From the IMG/VR virus record IMGVR_UViG_3300019477_000080, positions 1 through 55,234 of that record: 55,234 nucleotides of DNA, one strand, 5' to 3'. Shown piece by piece: positions 24,629 to 34,230 of this stretch (position 1 is its first letter; the number at the start of each line of letters is the position of its first letter). The position numbers were made by a program, and so were the translations under genes. The notes below the pieces were generated by a model. The model had not been told where the DNA came from, did no database searches, and was given only the letters and a program-made list of their open reading frames with translations. Source of the stretch: a virus.

Positions 24629-25591
24629 ATGCCTGTACAGAGCAAACCTTTGCTGGCAGCGGCGAGTGGCTACCCACAGTTGGTGTCTGCGCTGACTAAA
24701 CCAGTATATGCGGCTGGCTTCTTAAAACGCTTCAACAGTATGACTGTGAGTGGTTTGATTACCAGCCAAGACATCGTGCCAAAAGAAATCCGCAACAAGG
24801 GCGACGAAGTTATCTTCCGCCGTCCTCCTGAAGCTGAAGTCTTTGAGTACATCAAAAATATGGAATTGGAAGTTTCCAATTTCGACACCAGCATCATCAC
24901 GATGAACGTGAACCGTGCGTTGTATACCAACATCAAGTTGGACAAGCTGGATACACGCAACATCGACGAACTGCCTGCGCTGCTGAAAGAATACCAAGCA
25001 GACGTAACCCAAAAACTGGCAGAACGTATCGACGTGGAAGTGTTGACCGAAGTTCCTTTGGCCGCTGCAGCTTGCAACCGTGGTCGCAAAGCCGGTCGTC
25101 GTTCCCATGCGTTTGACTTCGGCGCGGCTGGTGCGCCTGTTGTCCTGACTAAAGACAACATCGTTCGTTACCTGTCACAAATGCGTACCGTGTTGTCCGA
25201 ACAAAACGTGGACACCAATGGTCTGTATGTTGTGTTGCCGGTTGAAGCGATGGACTTGTTCTTCGCCAACCCAATCCTGACTAATGCCTGCGCCGCCGGT
25301 ACTTCACAGTCCATCATCTTGGGTACTAAAATCCCTAACGTGTTGGGCTTCGAGATTATCTTCTCGAACAATATGCCGCAACGCAACGAGGGTGGTCGTA
25401 TCGCCTACACCATTTTCGCAGGCCGCAAAGACGCAACCGGTTTCGTAATGCAAGTTACCGAAAACGAACATATCGAAAAAGTTGCCAACCACTTCGGTCA
25501 GTTCTGGCGTACATTGCAGGTTTACGATTTTAAAGTTATCAGACCTGAGTGTATTACTACCCTGTACGCAACTCTTGACTTTGCCGCATAA
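24629..25591 (+). CDS. major capsid protein (candidate)
   Basis: 320 aa, follows the scaffold. A strong terminator lies two genes downstream. Confidence 0.65.
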   Translation: MPVQSKPLLAAASGYPQLVSALTKPVYAAGFLKRFNSMTVSGLITSQDIVPKEIRNKGDEVIFRRPPEAEVFEYIKNMELEVSNFDTSIITMNVNRALYTNIKLDKLDTRNIDELPALLKEYQADVTQKLAERIDVEVLTEVPLAAAACNRGRKAGRRSHAFDFGAAGAPVVLTKDNIVRYLSQMRTVLSEQNVDTNGLYVVLPVEAMDLFFANPILTNACAAGTSQSIILGTKIPNVLGFEIIFSNNMPQRNEGGRIAYTIFAGRKDATGFVMQVTENEHIEKVANHFGQFWRTLQVYDFKVIRPECITTLYATLDFAA

Positions 25592-25602
25592 GGAGCATTG
25601 AC

Positions 25603-26283
25603 ATGACAGTATTCAAGTTATTCTTGGGTGGCGATGCCCGTCATGTGGGCCACCGTCATTCCCGCATTGCCGACAACAGCAACCCATTGGTACGCTATGC
25701 CGGTCACTTGCCAAACCGCCACTTCGTTGTGCCGTTCGAGTATGACGGCGCGTCAGGCGAGTGGACTCGCTTCCGTGAAATGGAAGGCCACTTTGCCACT
25801 GGCGACATCGTACACACCCACTTGTTGTCTGCTGACAGCCGCGTTGATGCGTTGGTTGTTCACAACAAAAAACAAGCTGGTGCGCGTGATGAAAAAGGCG
25901 CGATTACCACTGCCGGTAAAGTGAAGTTCGGTCTGTATGACGGCGAAAACTTGGTTGACGAAACCGAAGAAATCGACCTGTCAGTAATTGGCCGCACAGT
26001 ATTGGAGTTCGGCAAAGCCGTGGCCTCCAAGGACACCACCAAAAAAGACTCTGACGGCGATGGTAAAGTTACCAAGAAAGACCACGCAGCCACTGCGATT
26101 ACCAGCTTGGGTGCGTACTTGGGCAGCAATGGCTCTATCCGTATGACCGTTGTTGACGGTAGCGGTATCGACGCTGCGTGTATCTCTGCGTTCGTTGAAG
26201 TGGTTGACTTCCTCGACGTTCGTGGTTGCACTTGTGGCGAACCCGCTTGCGGCAGCACCTACCCTGAACCTGAATGTATGTAA
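25603..26283 (+). CDS. capsid-associated or decoration protein candidate with a Cys-rich C-terminus
   Basis: 226 aa with an AAGGAG SD. Ends RGCTCGEPACGSTYPEPECM and is followed by a terminator. Confidence 0.45.
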   Translation: MTVFKLFLGGDARHVGHRHSRIADNSNPLVRYAGHLPNRHFVVPFEYDGASGEWTRFREMEGHFATGDIVHTHLLSADSRVDALVVHNKKQAGARDEKGAITTAGKVKFGLYDGENLVDETEEIDLSVIGRTVLEFGKAVASKDTTKKDSDGDGKVTKKDHAATAITSLGAYLGSNGSIRMTVVDGSGIDAACISAFVEVVDFLDVRGCTCGEPACGSTYPEPECM

Positions 26284-26300
26284 CCTAGATAGTTATAACC

Positions 26301-26327
26301 AAACCCCACCCTTGCGGTGGGGTTTTT
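26301..26327 (+). terminator. rho-independent terminator after the capsid genes
   Basis: aaaccccacc-cttgc-ggtggggttt followed by TT. Confidence 0.75.
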
Positions 26328-26373
26328 AGTACGTTAAAATCAAGGCGTTTATACCCCAAACAAGGACATAAAA

Positions 26374-26700
26374 ATGCCAAGTAATACCCCTATTGCCTAC
26401 GCCGATGAAACCGGCTATGTATCGTTGCCTGTGGTGAGTGGTCGTTTTTCGGACCAAGCGCGGGAGCGATTGACCCCGTTGTACACACAGGAAGAAGTGG
26501 ATGCATCATGGGCGAAGTTCCATGTCGCGCAAGGCTTGAATCCTGATGGTTCAGATAAAGTTGTGGAAACGTTGGAACAGGCGGAAGCCACAGTTGCCCA
26601 ACGCGAAGCCGATGCCGCCGCGCAGAACGCCATGCCTCATGTGCCGATGGCACAGGCTGCGGCGAAAGCTGTATTGCCTAGCACACAGAAAGGTAAGTGA
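26374..26700 (+). CDS. hypothetical virion-module protein
   Basis: 108-aa ORF with an AAGGA SD. Confidence 0.5.
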   Translation: MPSNTPIAYADETGYVSLPVVSGRFSDQARERLTPLYTQEEVDASWAKFHVAQGLNPDGSDKVVETLEQAEATVAQREADAAAQNAMPHVPMAQAAAKAVLPSTQKGK

Positions 26701-27401
26701 TGATTTCTCCCCGCGCACTGGTCGAGGAAGTAAGTAATTACTTGGTGGACCAAGACCCTGATTTCCCGTTCGAGCATTGGACGGAAGACGACTTACTGCA
26801 CTACTTCCGGTTGGCGGTGGAGATTGTTGCGAACGCCCAGCGTGAGAAGTTTATTAAGCGCACGTCCATGCCATTGGTCGCAGGCAGTCTTCAGACCGTA
26901 CCTGAATCGTGTCATGACGTGTCGTCCGTGCTGGGCCAAGCAGACAGCAAAGGTCGCGTGCGTAGTTTTCCGCGCCAAACCAGTAAGAACGCCCTGCACC
27001 TCGTTGGTAAGATAGGGTGCAAGGACTGCCGCGCGGAAGCCTCATCCTCTGACTACAAGATGGACAGTTGGAGCTACGACCCGAACGACAACAACATCTT
27101 GTACGTTGACCCGCCTGTGCCTGATGGCGTGACCGGCACGTTGGAACTGATGTGCTTCAGCCCGCCAAAGGTGGACAGCTTGGACAGCGACGTGGACTTG
27201 GGTTCGCAGTTGCGCCCAGTGATTTTCGAGCTTATGCTGTATTACGCTTGGGGTGTTGACACCGAGAGCGTACCGTCGCGTGACCGCAGTGCCGTTCACT
27301 GGAATAATGCGTTTACCCTGTTGGGTATGGAAGCGAAGCAGGCGAGCAACCGCTACGCTGTTACCCGCGTTCCTGAATTGAGGATTGGAGCTAAGAAATG
27401 A
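26697..27401 (+). CDS. hypothetical virion protein (head-tail connector region)
   Basis: 234-aa ORF with an ATGA overlap. Confidence 0.5.
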   Translation: MMISPRALVEEVSNYLVDQDPDFPFEHWTEDDLLHYFRLAVEIVANAQREKFIKRTSMPLVAGSLQTVPESCHDVSSVLGQADSKGRVRSFPRQTSKNALHLVGKIGCKDCRAEASSSDYKMDSWSYDPNDNNILYVDPPVPDGVTGTLELMCFSPPKVDSLDSDVDLGSQLRPVIFELMLYYAWGVDTESVPSRDRSAVHWNNAFTLLGMEAKQASNRYAVTRVPELRIGAKK

Positions 27402-28033
27402 ATTGGTTTGACTGGCTTAAAAACCAAGCCCTCGTCACGTTCCCCAATATGCCCAGCAGCTTTATTGAGAACGCCATCCTCAACGCTGTCTCACGGTTCT
27501 TCCGTGAAACACACTTGTTGAAAGACGAAGCGTATATTGACGCAGAGTGTGGTACGAATGATTATGTGATTGACCTACCTGACGGTAGAACCATAGTGCA
27601 GATTAAGTCTGTGCATTCCACCAACGACCCTGACCGCCACCCGCTGCTTGACCGCAACTGGAATCTCGTCCCTCCAGCAGAGGAACGTTTTGGTAGCGGT
27701 TATTGGGTAGAGCTTCAGTTTGAACATCCAGTCGTCTATTTCGAGGGCTGCGGCAGTGTACGCAGCGGCAGGTATTGCGTGGTCTATTCGTGGACACCGA
27801 CAGGGCAGGACTGCGATATTCCGCACCACTTCTTCGGCAAGTACCGTAACGATATTTTGAACGGCGTGCTGGCTTCTCTGTACCTGATTCCGATGGAGAA
27901 CGACAGCCAGTCGGCGGCCTACGCCCAGTATTACAACAGAGAGTTTCTGCGGGGCATAAATATCGCCCATGCAGAAGAGTTCCAAAACCATACCAACCGG
28001 CCCATGTTTATGCACGGTGGTTGTTTCTTGTGA
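27398..28033 (+). CDS. hypothetical virion protein
   Basis: 211-aa ORF with an ATGA overlap. Confidence 0.5.
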   Translation: MNWFDWLKNQALVTFPNMPSSFIENAILNAVSRFFRETHLLKDEAYIDAECGTNDYVIDLPDGRTIVQIKSVHSTNDPDRHPLLDRNWNLVPPAEERFGSGYWVELQFEHPVVYFEGCGSVRSGRYCVVYSWTPTGQDCDIPHHFFGKYRNDILNGVLASLYLIPMENDSQSAAYAQYYNREFLRGINIAHAEEFQNHTNRPMFMHGGCFL

Positions 28034-28040
28034 GGTAAGT

Positions 28041-28631
28041 GTGGCGACTCTATACAACTTCAAGCCTACCTGTCATGACAATGACGGGTGCTTTGCACCG
28101 AAGCCTGACTTCGATTGCGTCGATACCTGCCAACCGTGCAACAACCCATGCGAACCGAAGTGTCCGCCGAAAGTCCGTGCGAAAGATGCAGTGTGCTTGA
28201 GCGATGACGAGTGCGAACGTTGTTTCTCGTTGTTCCAGTATGTCGGGTGCGACATTACGAAAGTGCCGGCGCATATTTACGCCATCGTGCTGAAAGTCCG
28301 CAGGCAGGGTAACTGCCGTGTATTGGTAGAGGAATGCCCGACCCGTGCCGACAACAGGGGCAACGTATGCTTCGTTTGGTCGGAAGAATTTAGGCGACTG
28401 CCTGCCGGTTACTACGAGGCGGATGTGGTTGTGAATGACCGTGAGTGTTTTACCATTTTATTCCGCAAACGCGGTTGTTGGACACGCATGGTAACAGAAG
28501 AAGTTAAGCTGGCGCAGTTGCCATGTGAAGCACCTCCGCACTGTGAGGGTTGTGTTGCTACGCCTGATTTTGAACAGACTGCTCCCGAAGCGGAGTGCGG
28601 AGGTTGTGATAATGGCTCTGAATGTAAGTAA
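28041..28631 (+). CDS. cysteine-rich virion protein
   Basis: GTG start 5 nt after GAGGT. Multiple C-x2-4-C pairs (CQPCNNPCEPKCPP, CEGC, CGGCDNGSEC). Confidence 0.5.
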   Translation: MATLYNFKPTCHDNDGCFAPKPDFDCVDTCQPCNNPCEPKCPPKVRAKDAVCLSDDECERCFSLFQYVGCDITKVPAHIYAIVLKVRRQGNCRVLVEECPTRADNRGNVCFVWSEEFRRLPAGYYEADVVVNDRECFTILFRKRGCWTRMVTEEVKLAQLPCEAPPHCEGCVATPDFEQTAPEAECGGCDNGSECK

Positions 28632-29040
28632 GTGGTCTAGTCATGGCAAGCTGGCGCAAAGCCTGACTGCCGAGGCGACCGAGGTTCCTTTGGGTTTTGG
28701 CGAGGGTCTGCGCTTCCGCCTCCCCGACACCGACTACTGCTATGCGACTATCCGTAGCAATGGTAAGTACGAACACGTCAAACTTATGGCGGTTAAAGGC
28801 GACACCCTGCACGTCGTTCGCGGTCAGGACAACACCACGGCGCAGACGTGGAGTCCAAACAGTTGTATTGAGATTGAATGGAACCCCGCGCAGATTTGCG
28901 AGTACACCAAGCAGTGCGCGTTGGGGCAAACCCCGACAACCGTAGCCGCAGGTACATACTGCCTGTCATGCAGCACCTGCATCACAATCGGCGAAGACGG
29001 TCGCATCACAGCGGTAGATGGAGAGAAGAAATGCAAGTAA
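28612..29040 (+). CDS. virion protein with a fibre-N-terminal-like domain (paralogue set)
   Basis: Start trimmed to MALNVSKW (GGAGG SD). Contains GDTLHVVRGQDNTTAQTW. Confidence 0.5.
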   Translation: MALNVSKWSSHGKLAQSLTAEATEVPLGFGEGLRFRLPDTDYCYATIRSNGKYEHVKLMAVKGDTLHVVRGQDNTTAQTWSPNSCIEIEWNPAQICEYTKQCALGQTPTTVAAGTYCLSCSTCITIGEDGRITAVDGEKKCK

Positions 29041-29387
29041 CCCATGTTGATTTCATTGACAGCCGTTTGTCCGCCGCGTTCGCCTCTACCTCAAATTCGT
29101 TGGTGGTAGCCAATGAGCATGGTCTGTCTGACAAACTGAATAAGATGCGCGAGGGCGACTATGTGTACCTGATTATCTCCGCCTGCCACATGACCGAAGT
29201 GGTTAAGTATACACACACCGAAAAACTGCAACGCACCGGCCCGTTGACCCTGCATGTTGAGCGCGGTCAGCATGGTACGATAGCAACGTCATTCCCATTT
29301 GGTAGTTGTGTACGCACCGAAATTACCGGCAGTATCCTGCGCGAACTCGCCACACAGATGATTAAGGAAGAACATGAACGCCTGTAA
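29031..29387 (+). CDS. virion protein with a fibre-N-terminal-like domain (paralogue set)
   Basis: Start trimmed to MQVTHVDF. Contains LTLHVERGQHGTIATSF. Confidence 0.5.
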   Translation: MQVTHVDFIDSRLSAAFASTSNSLVVANEHGLSDKLNKMREGDYVYLIISACHMTEVVKYTHTEKLQRTGPLTLHVERGQHGTIATSFPFGSCVRTEITGSILRELATQMIKEEHERL

Positions 29388-30483
29388 GCAACGATTACAG
29401 ACCTTGCCCTGCGATAAGCAGGGTTATGGGTACACGTCGCAACCCCTAGGGGCTTCCGACACTGTGCTGCACTTGATGCGTAATCAGGGCAATTCGTTCC
29501 CTCCGTTGGTCGAGGGGCAGTATTTCTTCGTCAGTGTGAAGATGTGCGACACCGAGTGCTGTGAGACTATGCGCGTTATCGCGCGTGACGGAGACGACCT
29601 GACGGTTGAGCGCACCAACCCGTGCGACTGTATTTCCAGCAATGCCCGCGTGACCTATCTCGATTCCGGTCGGGAATATGTGCAGGCACTCGCGCGTGAG
29701 ATTGGTCTGAATGTCGAAGACCCATTGGTCTATAACTGCGAAACCAATACCCTTAGTTTGGACTGCACCAAGCTGAATATGGGTGGCGACTGCGGTTGTG
29801 GTTCGGGTAAGAATGAAGTAGGTGTCGGCAAACGTGGTCCACAAGGCGAGCGCGGGGCTGATGGTAAAGACGGATTGAGTGTAACGAGCATTGCCATTGA
29901 TAAAACCAATACGCTAACGTGGACAGACAGCAAAGGCAAGACCCACACAGTTGGTACGATTATCCCGCCGCAGGGTCAGAAAGGCGAAAAGGGCGACCAA
30001 GGCGAACCAGGGCCTGTCGGCCCTGCCGGTCCGCAAGGCGAGGACGCTGGCGCGATTAGTATGGAACGTGATGAAGCCACAGGTACGTTCACTCTGTACA
30101 TCACGAACGGCGAGGGCGTGAAGCGCAGTATCGGCTCATGGAAGCCCGTAGCCGGTGTCGGTATTGCCGACATGAATGTGGTTGATGGTAACTTGGAAGT
30201 TAATCTGACAGACGGCAACAAGCTCAACGCCGGTAGTATCGTAGGCCCTCGCGGCCCGCAAGGTCAGACGGCATCGTTCTCCATGTTGTACTCCAATGGG
30301 CGCGTGTATATCGGCGGACCGGCCAAATCCGAAGTGTACCTACGCAAGAATGGCGCGATGTTGGGCGGACGGCAGCAAATCCCCGACAACGGCCTGCTGG
30401 TAATGAATAACCCGAACTCTTCCACTGAAGCGGTAATTGAGCTTGTGCATAATGGCGGGGTCGTAGCGTTAGGATACTTCTAA
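29374..30483 (+). CDS. collagen-like repeat tail fibre protein
   Basis: Gly-X-Y runs GKRGPQGERGADGKDG, GQKGEKGDQGEPGPVGPAGPQGE and GPRGPQGQ. The N-terminal domain is related to the two preceding genes. Confidence 0.7.
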   Translation: MNACKQRLQTLPCDKQGYGYTSQPLGASDTVLHLMRNQGNSFPPLVEGQYFFVSVKMCDTECCETMRVIARDGDDLTVERTNPCDCISSNARVTYLDSGREYVQALAREIGLNVEDPLVYNCETNTLSLDCTKLNMGGDCGCGSGKNEVGVGKRGPQGERGADGKDGLSVTSIAIDKTNTLTWTDSKGKTHTVGTIIPPQGQKGEKGDQGEPGPVGPAGPQGEDAGAISMERDEATGTFTLYITNGEGVKRSIGSWKPVAGVGIADMNVVDGNLEVNLTDGNKLNAGSIVGPRGPQGQTASFSMLYSNGRVYIGGPAKSEVYLRKNGAMLGGRQQIPDNGLLVMNNPNSSTEAVIELVHNGGVVALGYF

Positions 30484-32321
30484 TGAGGTTCTTGGATTTC
30501 GGCGGCGAGCTGCCAAAAGTAAAACCGCAGGCATTAGGCTCACGGAACGCACAGCTTGCCGAGAATATTGATTTGTATGGTGGTATGCTCCGCCCGCACC
30601 GAAGCCCTGCCCTGTTCGCCCACGCGGTTGACGAGCGGGGTTCTCCCATTTCTGCAAAGATGGTAATCCCCGTCGGCGACTACATGGTCGGGTTTCCACA
30701 AGATGTGCATTGGGTACGCGACCCGCGCGAGAGCGCAGGGGCTGACACGGTGCTGTTCGTTCGCGACGGGCAGTTGTACCGCTTGTCCTCACGCATGGTA
30801 CGCGCCGGTACAGGCCCGACACTTGTTGGTATCGACCCGCCTGAAGAAGCCCCTACTGTCGCCGTTGCCCCTAACAGGGGCTGTGTGTCCAAGTGGGCTG
30901 ACCGCTGCGCGGATATTGAACAGTCGTCTGACTGCTCCGACTGGGGCGACGCGCCTGAAGTGCGCGGCTACCGTGTAACGTATGTGAACGAATGCGGCGA
31001 AGAGAGCGCACCAAGCCCTGTATCGAACTTGGTTGACATCAAGAACGGAGACGGCGCAATCGTGGTCGATACGAACACGCCGCCAAAGAACGCAGTGAAA
31101 CGCAGATGGTATCGCTCCGCCACCACCAGTGACGGTCAGGCAGTATGGTTGTATGTTGATGAAGATGTCATTGCTGATAACACGTTTATCGACGACAAGT
31201 GTCCGCAAGATTTAGGCGAGGTTCTTCCTACTGAAGACCACCTGCCGCCGAACAAGTGTTTGGATGGGGTTGCCCTCACTCGCAATATGCAGACTATCGT
31301 GTGGACTAATAATCAGTTTTGGGTATCAGAGCCTAGACTGCCCCACGCGTACCGACCTGCGACACGCGTAACCCTGCCGTCCAAGATTCAGTTCATCGCC
31401 TCGCACACAACCCGTGTAGAGGGGGATACCCACTTCGACAACGTGGTCGGTACTGTCGGTTATCCGTATACCATCAACGTGCGCGATGACGCACAGACGA
31501 CCGTCAAAGAGCTTGAATATTGGTATCCTGCATTGTCTCCGTTCGGTTGGTGTACGCTCGCCGGTGGCGTGTACTACACTGCCGAGAACGGGCTTGTCGG
31601 TATCGCCGGCACGTCAGTGAACATGATGACCGAGGATTACATGACCGAGCGCGAGTGGCAGGGGTATAACCCGTACACGATGCGTCTTACCGGCTACGAC
31701 CAACGGGTGTTTATGTGGTACGATTCTGCATCAATCCGCCAAGGGCTGTTGTTGGTATTACCTACTACCGATAAGCGGCGCAACCCAAGTTTGAGCCGCC
31801 TGACGCTGCAAGTGAAGATGGCCCATGCCCACCCTGAAACCGGAATGCTTATGCTGATGGGTGCGGGCGTGTATAAGTGGGGAGCGGGCGACAAACCTAT
31901 GCGCTATCGCTGGAAATCAGGAATCGAGGTCAACAGTGCCTATTGGTTTCCAACAGTATTCAAGGTTGTCAGCGACGACCTGCCGCGCCAGTACCGGCAG
32001 CTTGAGCAGTTACGCACTAAGTTCGCCGTATGGAAGCGCACCCATTGTGGGCTTGACCCTGTGCAGTTCTTCGATACCCATCCCGAAGCGCGTGAACACA
32101 TGGCTGACCTGATGGAACTGTCCCCTCGTGTCGTGCTGCGACTGTATGCCGATGGCGAAGAAATCTACACACGCCCTATACGCAACCTTGCGCCGGTAAT
32201 GTTGAAGAAACGCAGGCGGGCAATAGAGTGGGCATTCATGGTCGAGGGGGATATTGAAATACGGGAACTGCACTTGCAAAAATCCCATAACGATTTACAG
32301 AATGACGGCGGTCACGCATAG
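30483..32321 (+). CDS. large tail/virion structural protein
   Basis: 612-aa ORF, TAATG-coupled to the fibre gene. Confidence 0.5.
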   Translation: MRFLDFGGELPKVKPQALGSRNAQLAENIDLYGGMLRPHRSPALFAHAVDERGSPISAKMVIPVGDYMVGFPQDVHWVRDPRESAGADTVLFVRDGQLYRLSSRMVRAGTGPTLVGIDPPEEAPTVAVAPNRGCVSKWADRCADIEQSSDCSDWGDAPEVRGYRVTYVNECGEESAPSPVSNLVDIKNGDGAIVVDTNTPPKNAVKRRWYRSATTSDGQAVWLYVDEDVIADNTFIDDKCPQDLGEVLPTEDHLPPNKCLDGVALTRNMQTIVWTNNQFWVSEPRLPHAYRPATRVTLPSKIQFIASHTTRVEGDTHFDNVVGTVGYPYTINVRDDAQTTVKELEYWYPALSPFGWCTLAGGVYYTAENGLVGIAGTSVNMMTEDYMTEREWQGYNPYTMRLTGYDQRVFMWYDSASIRQGLLLVLPTTDKRRNPSLSRLTLQVKMAHAHPETGMLMLMGAGVYKWGAGDKPMRYRWKSGIEVNSAYWFPTVFKVVSDDLPRQYRQLEQLRTKFAVWKRTHCGLDPVQFFDTHPEAREHMADLMELSPRVVLRLYADGEEIYTRPIRNLAPVMLKKRRRAIEWAFMVEGDIEIRELHLQKSHNDLQNDGGHA

Positions 32322-32329
32322 GAGGCGAG

Positions 32330-33403
32330 ATGACTATCATCGACAAGAACAAAGGCGGGGGTAAAGGAGGAGGCAAAGATTCCGGCAAGAGCGAGGATAC
32401 CCCAATCTACAACAAGGTAGAGATTAAGGAAAACGCCCCGTCAGGTACGAACTCCGTCGCCGTAACCGCCCCGCATATTGTCCAGTACCCACGTCCGCCC
32501 AAGCGCGACGATGGTCGATGGCTCGCGCTGTCCTCCGTCATTGGTAACATCATCGGTAAGCTGTCCAGTCAAAAAGTCCTCAAAGAAGCCAAGAGCGCAG
32601 AGAGTAAATGGCGCGATGTGATGGCGAAGATGAAAGAGATGGCCGACATTGAGAACGCCCGTGTGCCTAAGCTGCGTGATAAAGCCGACGGAGCGATGGA
32701 CGACCTCGACAAACGCAACACTATCAACTGGCAGCGCGGCGACACGGAGTACGCCTACGGCGAGCAGTTGAAGCCCTGTATCAACGACAAGGCTGACGAG
32801 ATTTGCCAACTATCCGCCTGCGGCTGGCAGACCGACTATGATGGTATCCTCACGCGCGTGACGGCGGACGCAGAGGCTGCGGCGCACAAAGAGCTTGATA
32901 AGATTTGCCGTATGAACAACCGGTACAACACCGGCTGGAACTGCGACGTGCGCGGGCAATTGGCCGTCGCCACGCAGAACACCATCATCTCGCAGACGAA
33001 CAAGCTGCGTGAGGAAGAACGCTTGAAGAAGCTTCAATATGATACTGACATCAAAATGAAGACCTTTGAGCTTATGGAAAAAACACGGCAGAACCGCACT
33101 GCCACGGCTCGCGCTTATGACACCACGGCTATCGACGTGCGCCTCAAGCAGTACACCAGCTACACCGCAGACGCACAGACCTCGCTCAAGATGGGCGCAG
33201 ACCTGTTGGCCTCGCACGGACAAAACGCCGCATGGTTGGCTGACAGCCTGCGCAAGACGGCGAAAGAGTCTATGGCGGACTGGGGTACACTGGCGGCAAT
33301 GATTACCGGCTTGTTGTTCGCATGGAACAGTAAGCCTGCGGCGGCTAAGGCCAACGACTGCGGCGGGGGCGATGGCGGTGGCGGCTTTGACAACTTGTTC
33401 TAA
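32330..33403 (+). CDS. internal virion/ejection protein candidate
   Basis: 357 aa. Gly/Lys-rich N-terminus, coiled-coil middle, C-terminal hydrophobic segment and a Gly-rich tail. Confidence 0.45.
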   Translation: MTIIDKNKGGGKGGGKDSGKSEDTPIYNKVEIKENAPSGTNSVAVTAPHIVQYPRPPKRDDGRWLALSSVIGNIIGKLSSQKVLKEAKSAESKWRDVMAKMKEMADIENARVPKLRDKADGAMDDLDKRNTINWQRGDTEYAYGEQLKPCINDKADEICQLSACGWQTDYDGILTRVTADAEAAAHKELDKICRMNNRYNTGWNCDVRGQLAVATQNTIISQTNKLREEERLKKLQYDTDIKMKTFELMEKTRQNRTATARAYDTTAIDVRLKQYTSYTADAQTSLKMGADLLASHGQNAAWLADSLRKTAKESMADWGTLAAMITGLLFAWNSKPAAAKANDCGGGDGGGGFDNLF

Positions 33404-33405
33404 TC

Positions 33406-33630
33406 ATGTGGACAAATGACCCGCTGGAGGGGCTATTCCCTACCGAAACCGAACAACCCCAAGCCGAAGAATGGTATGATACCGTTGTGCTTGGGATTGA
33501 CCCTACGCGCGGGGATTTATACGACGCAGCAGCGCACATGGTGCGTGACCTTGTGTCCGACCGCGAAGACCCGTACACCTATTATGGGCTACCCGCATTA
33601 GCGGTCGCCCCTGACACTTATGAGGAATGA
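33406..33630 (+). CDS. hypothetical protein
   Basis: 74-aa ORF in the operon. Confidence 0.45.
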   Translation: MWTNDPLEGLFPTETEQPQAEEWYDTVVLGIDPTRGDLYDAAAHMVRDLVSDREDPYTYYGLPALAVAPDTYEE

Positions 33631-33633
33631 GTA

Positions 33634-34218
33634 ATGGCTGGCTATTTTATCGGTATGAACTCCCCGTCAATGGGGTTCGGCGGCGGTGGTAACTTCTTTT
33701 CACAGTTGGGGCAGATTGGCCCCGCGTGGCAGAACACCCTCCTGCAAGGCTTGAATACGCAGAATGCGTTTAACGAGTTTCAGAACAAACAAATCGTTGA
33801 CCCCTACAAGGTCAATGCGATTGCGTCCGCTTACGGGTTGCAGGGCTTGCAAAACCTGTTCGATTCCCGCGACGCGCAGCAGGCGTTGAATGCGCAGGCC
33901 GCGCAGATTTATACGGCGAATATGCAGGATAACCTCCGCAGTTATCAGAATACCGGACAGAATGGTAAAGAGTTCATGTTCGGCGAAGAACAAACATTGT
34001 CCGCGACCCAGCCAAAAGCCCTTCAAGCCCCATCACAGGCACAGCCTACGCTGCCTGCCCTGTATGGCGGCTACGCCGCGACTGCCCCACAGATAACTAA
34101 CGCGCAGCGTGTTCCCGCGTATCAGCACCAGCATTTTGGTCTGACCTCGTACACTACGCCGCAGGGCTACACCGACGCGCCTGTTGCGAACATCGGTTAT
34201 CAATTTACTGGATTTTAA
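33634..34218 (+). CDS. hypothetical Gln/Asn-rich virion protein
   Basis: 194-aa ORF with a GAGGAA SD. Confidence 0.5.
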   Translation: MAGYFIGMNSPSMGFGGGGNFFSQLGQIGPAWQNTLLQGLNTQNAFNEFQNKQIVDPYKVNAIASAYGLQGLQNLFDSRDAQQALNAQAAQIYTANMQDNLRSYQNTGQNGKEFMFGEEQTLSATQPKALQAPSQAQPTLPALYGGYAATAPQITNAQRVPAYQHQHFGLTSYTTPQGYTDAPVANIGYQFTGF

Positions 34219-34230
34219 TAGGGGGCTGGT

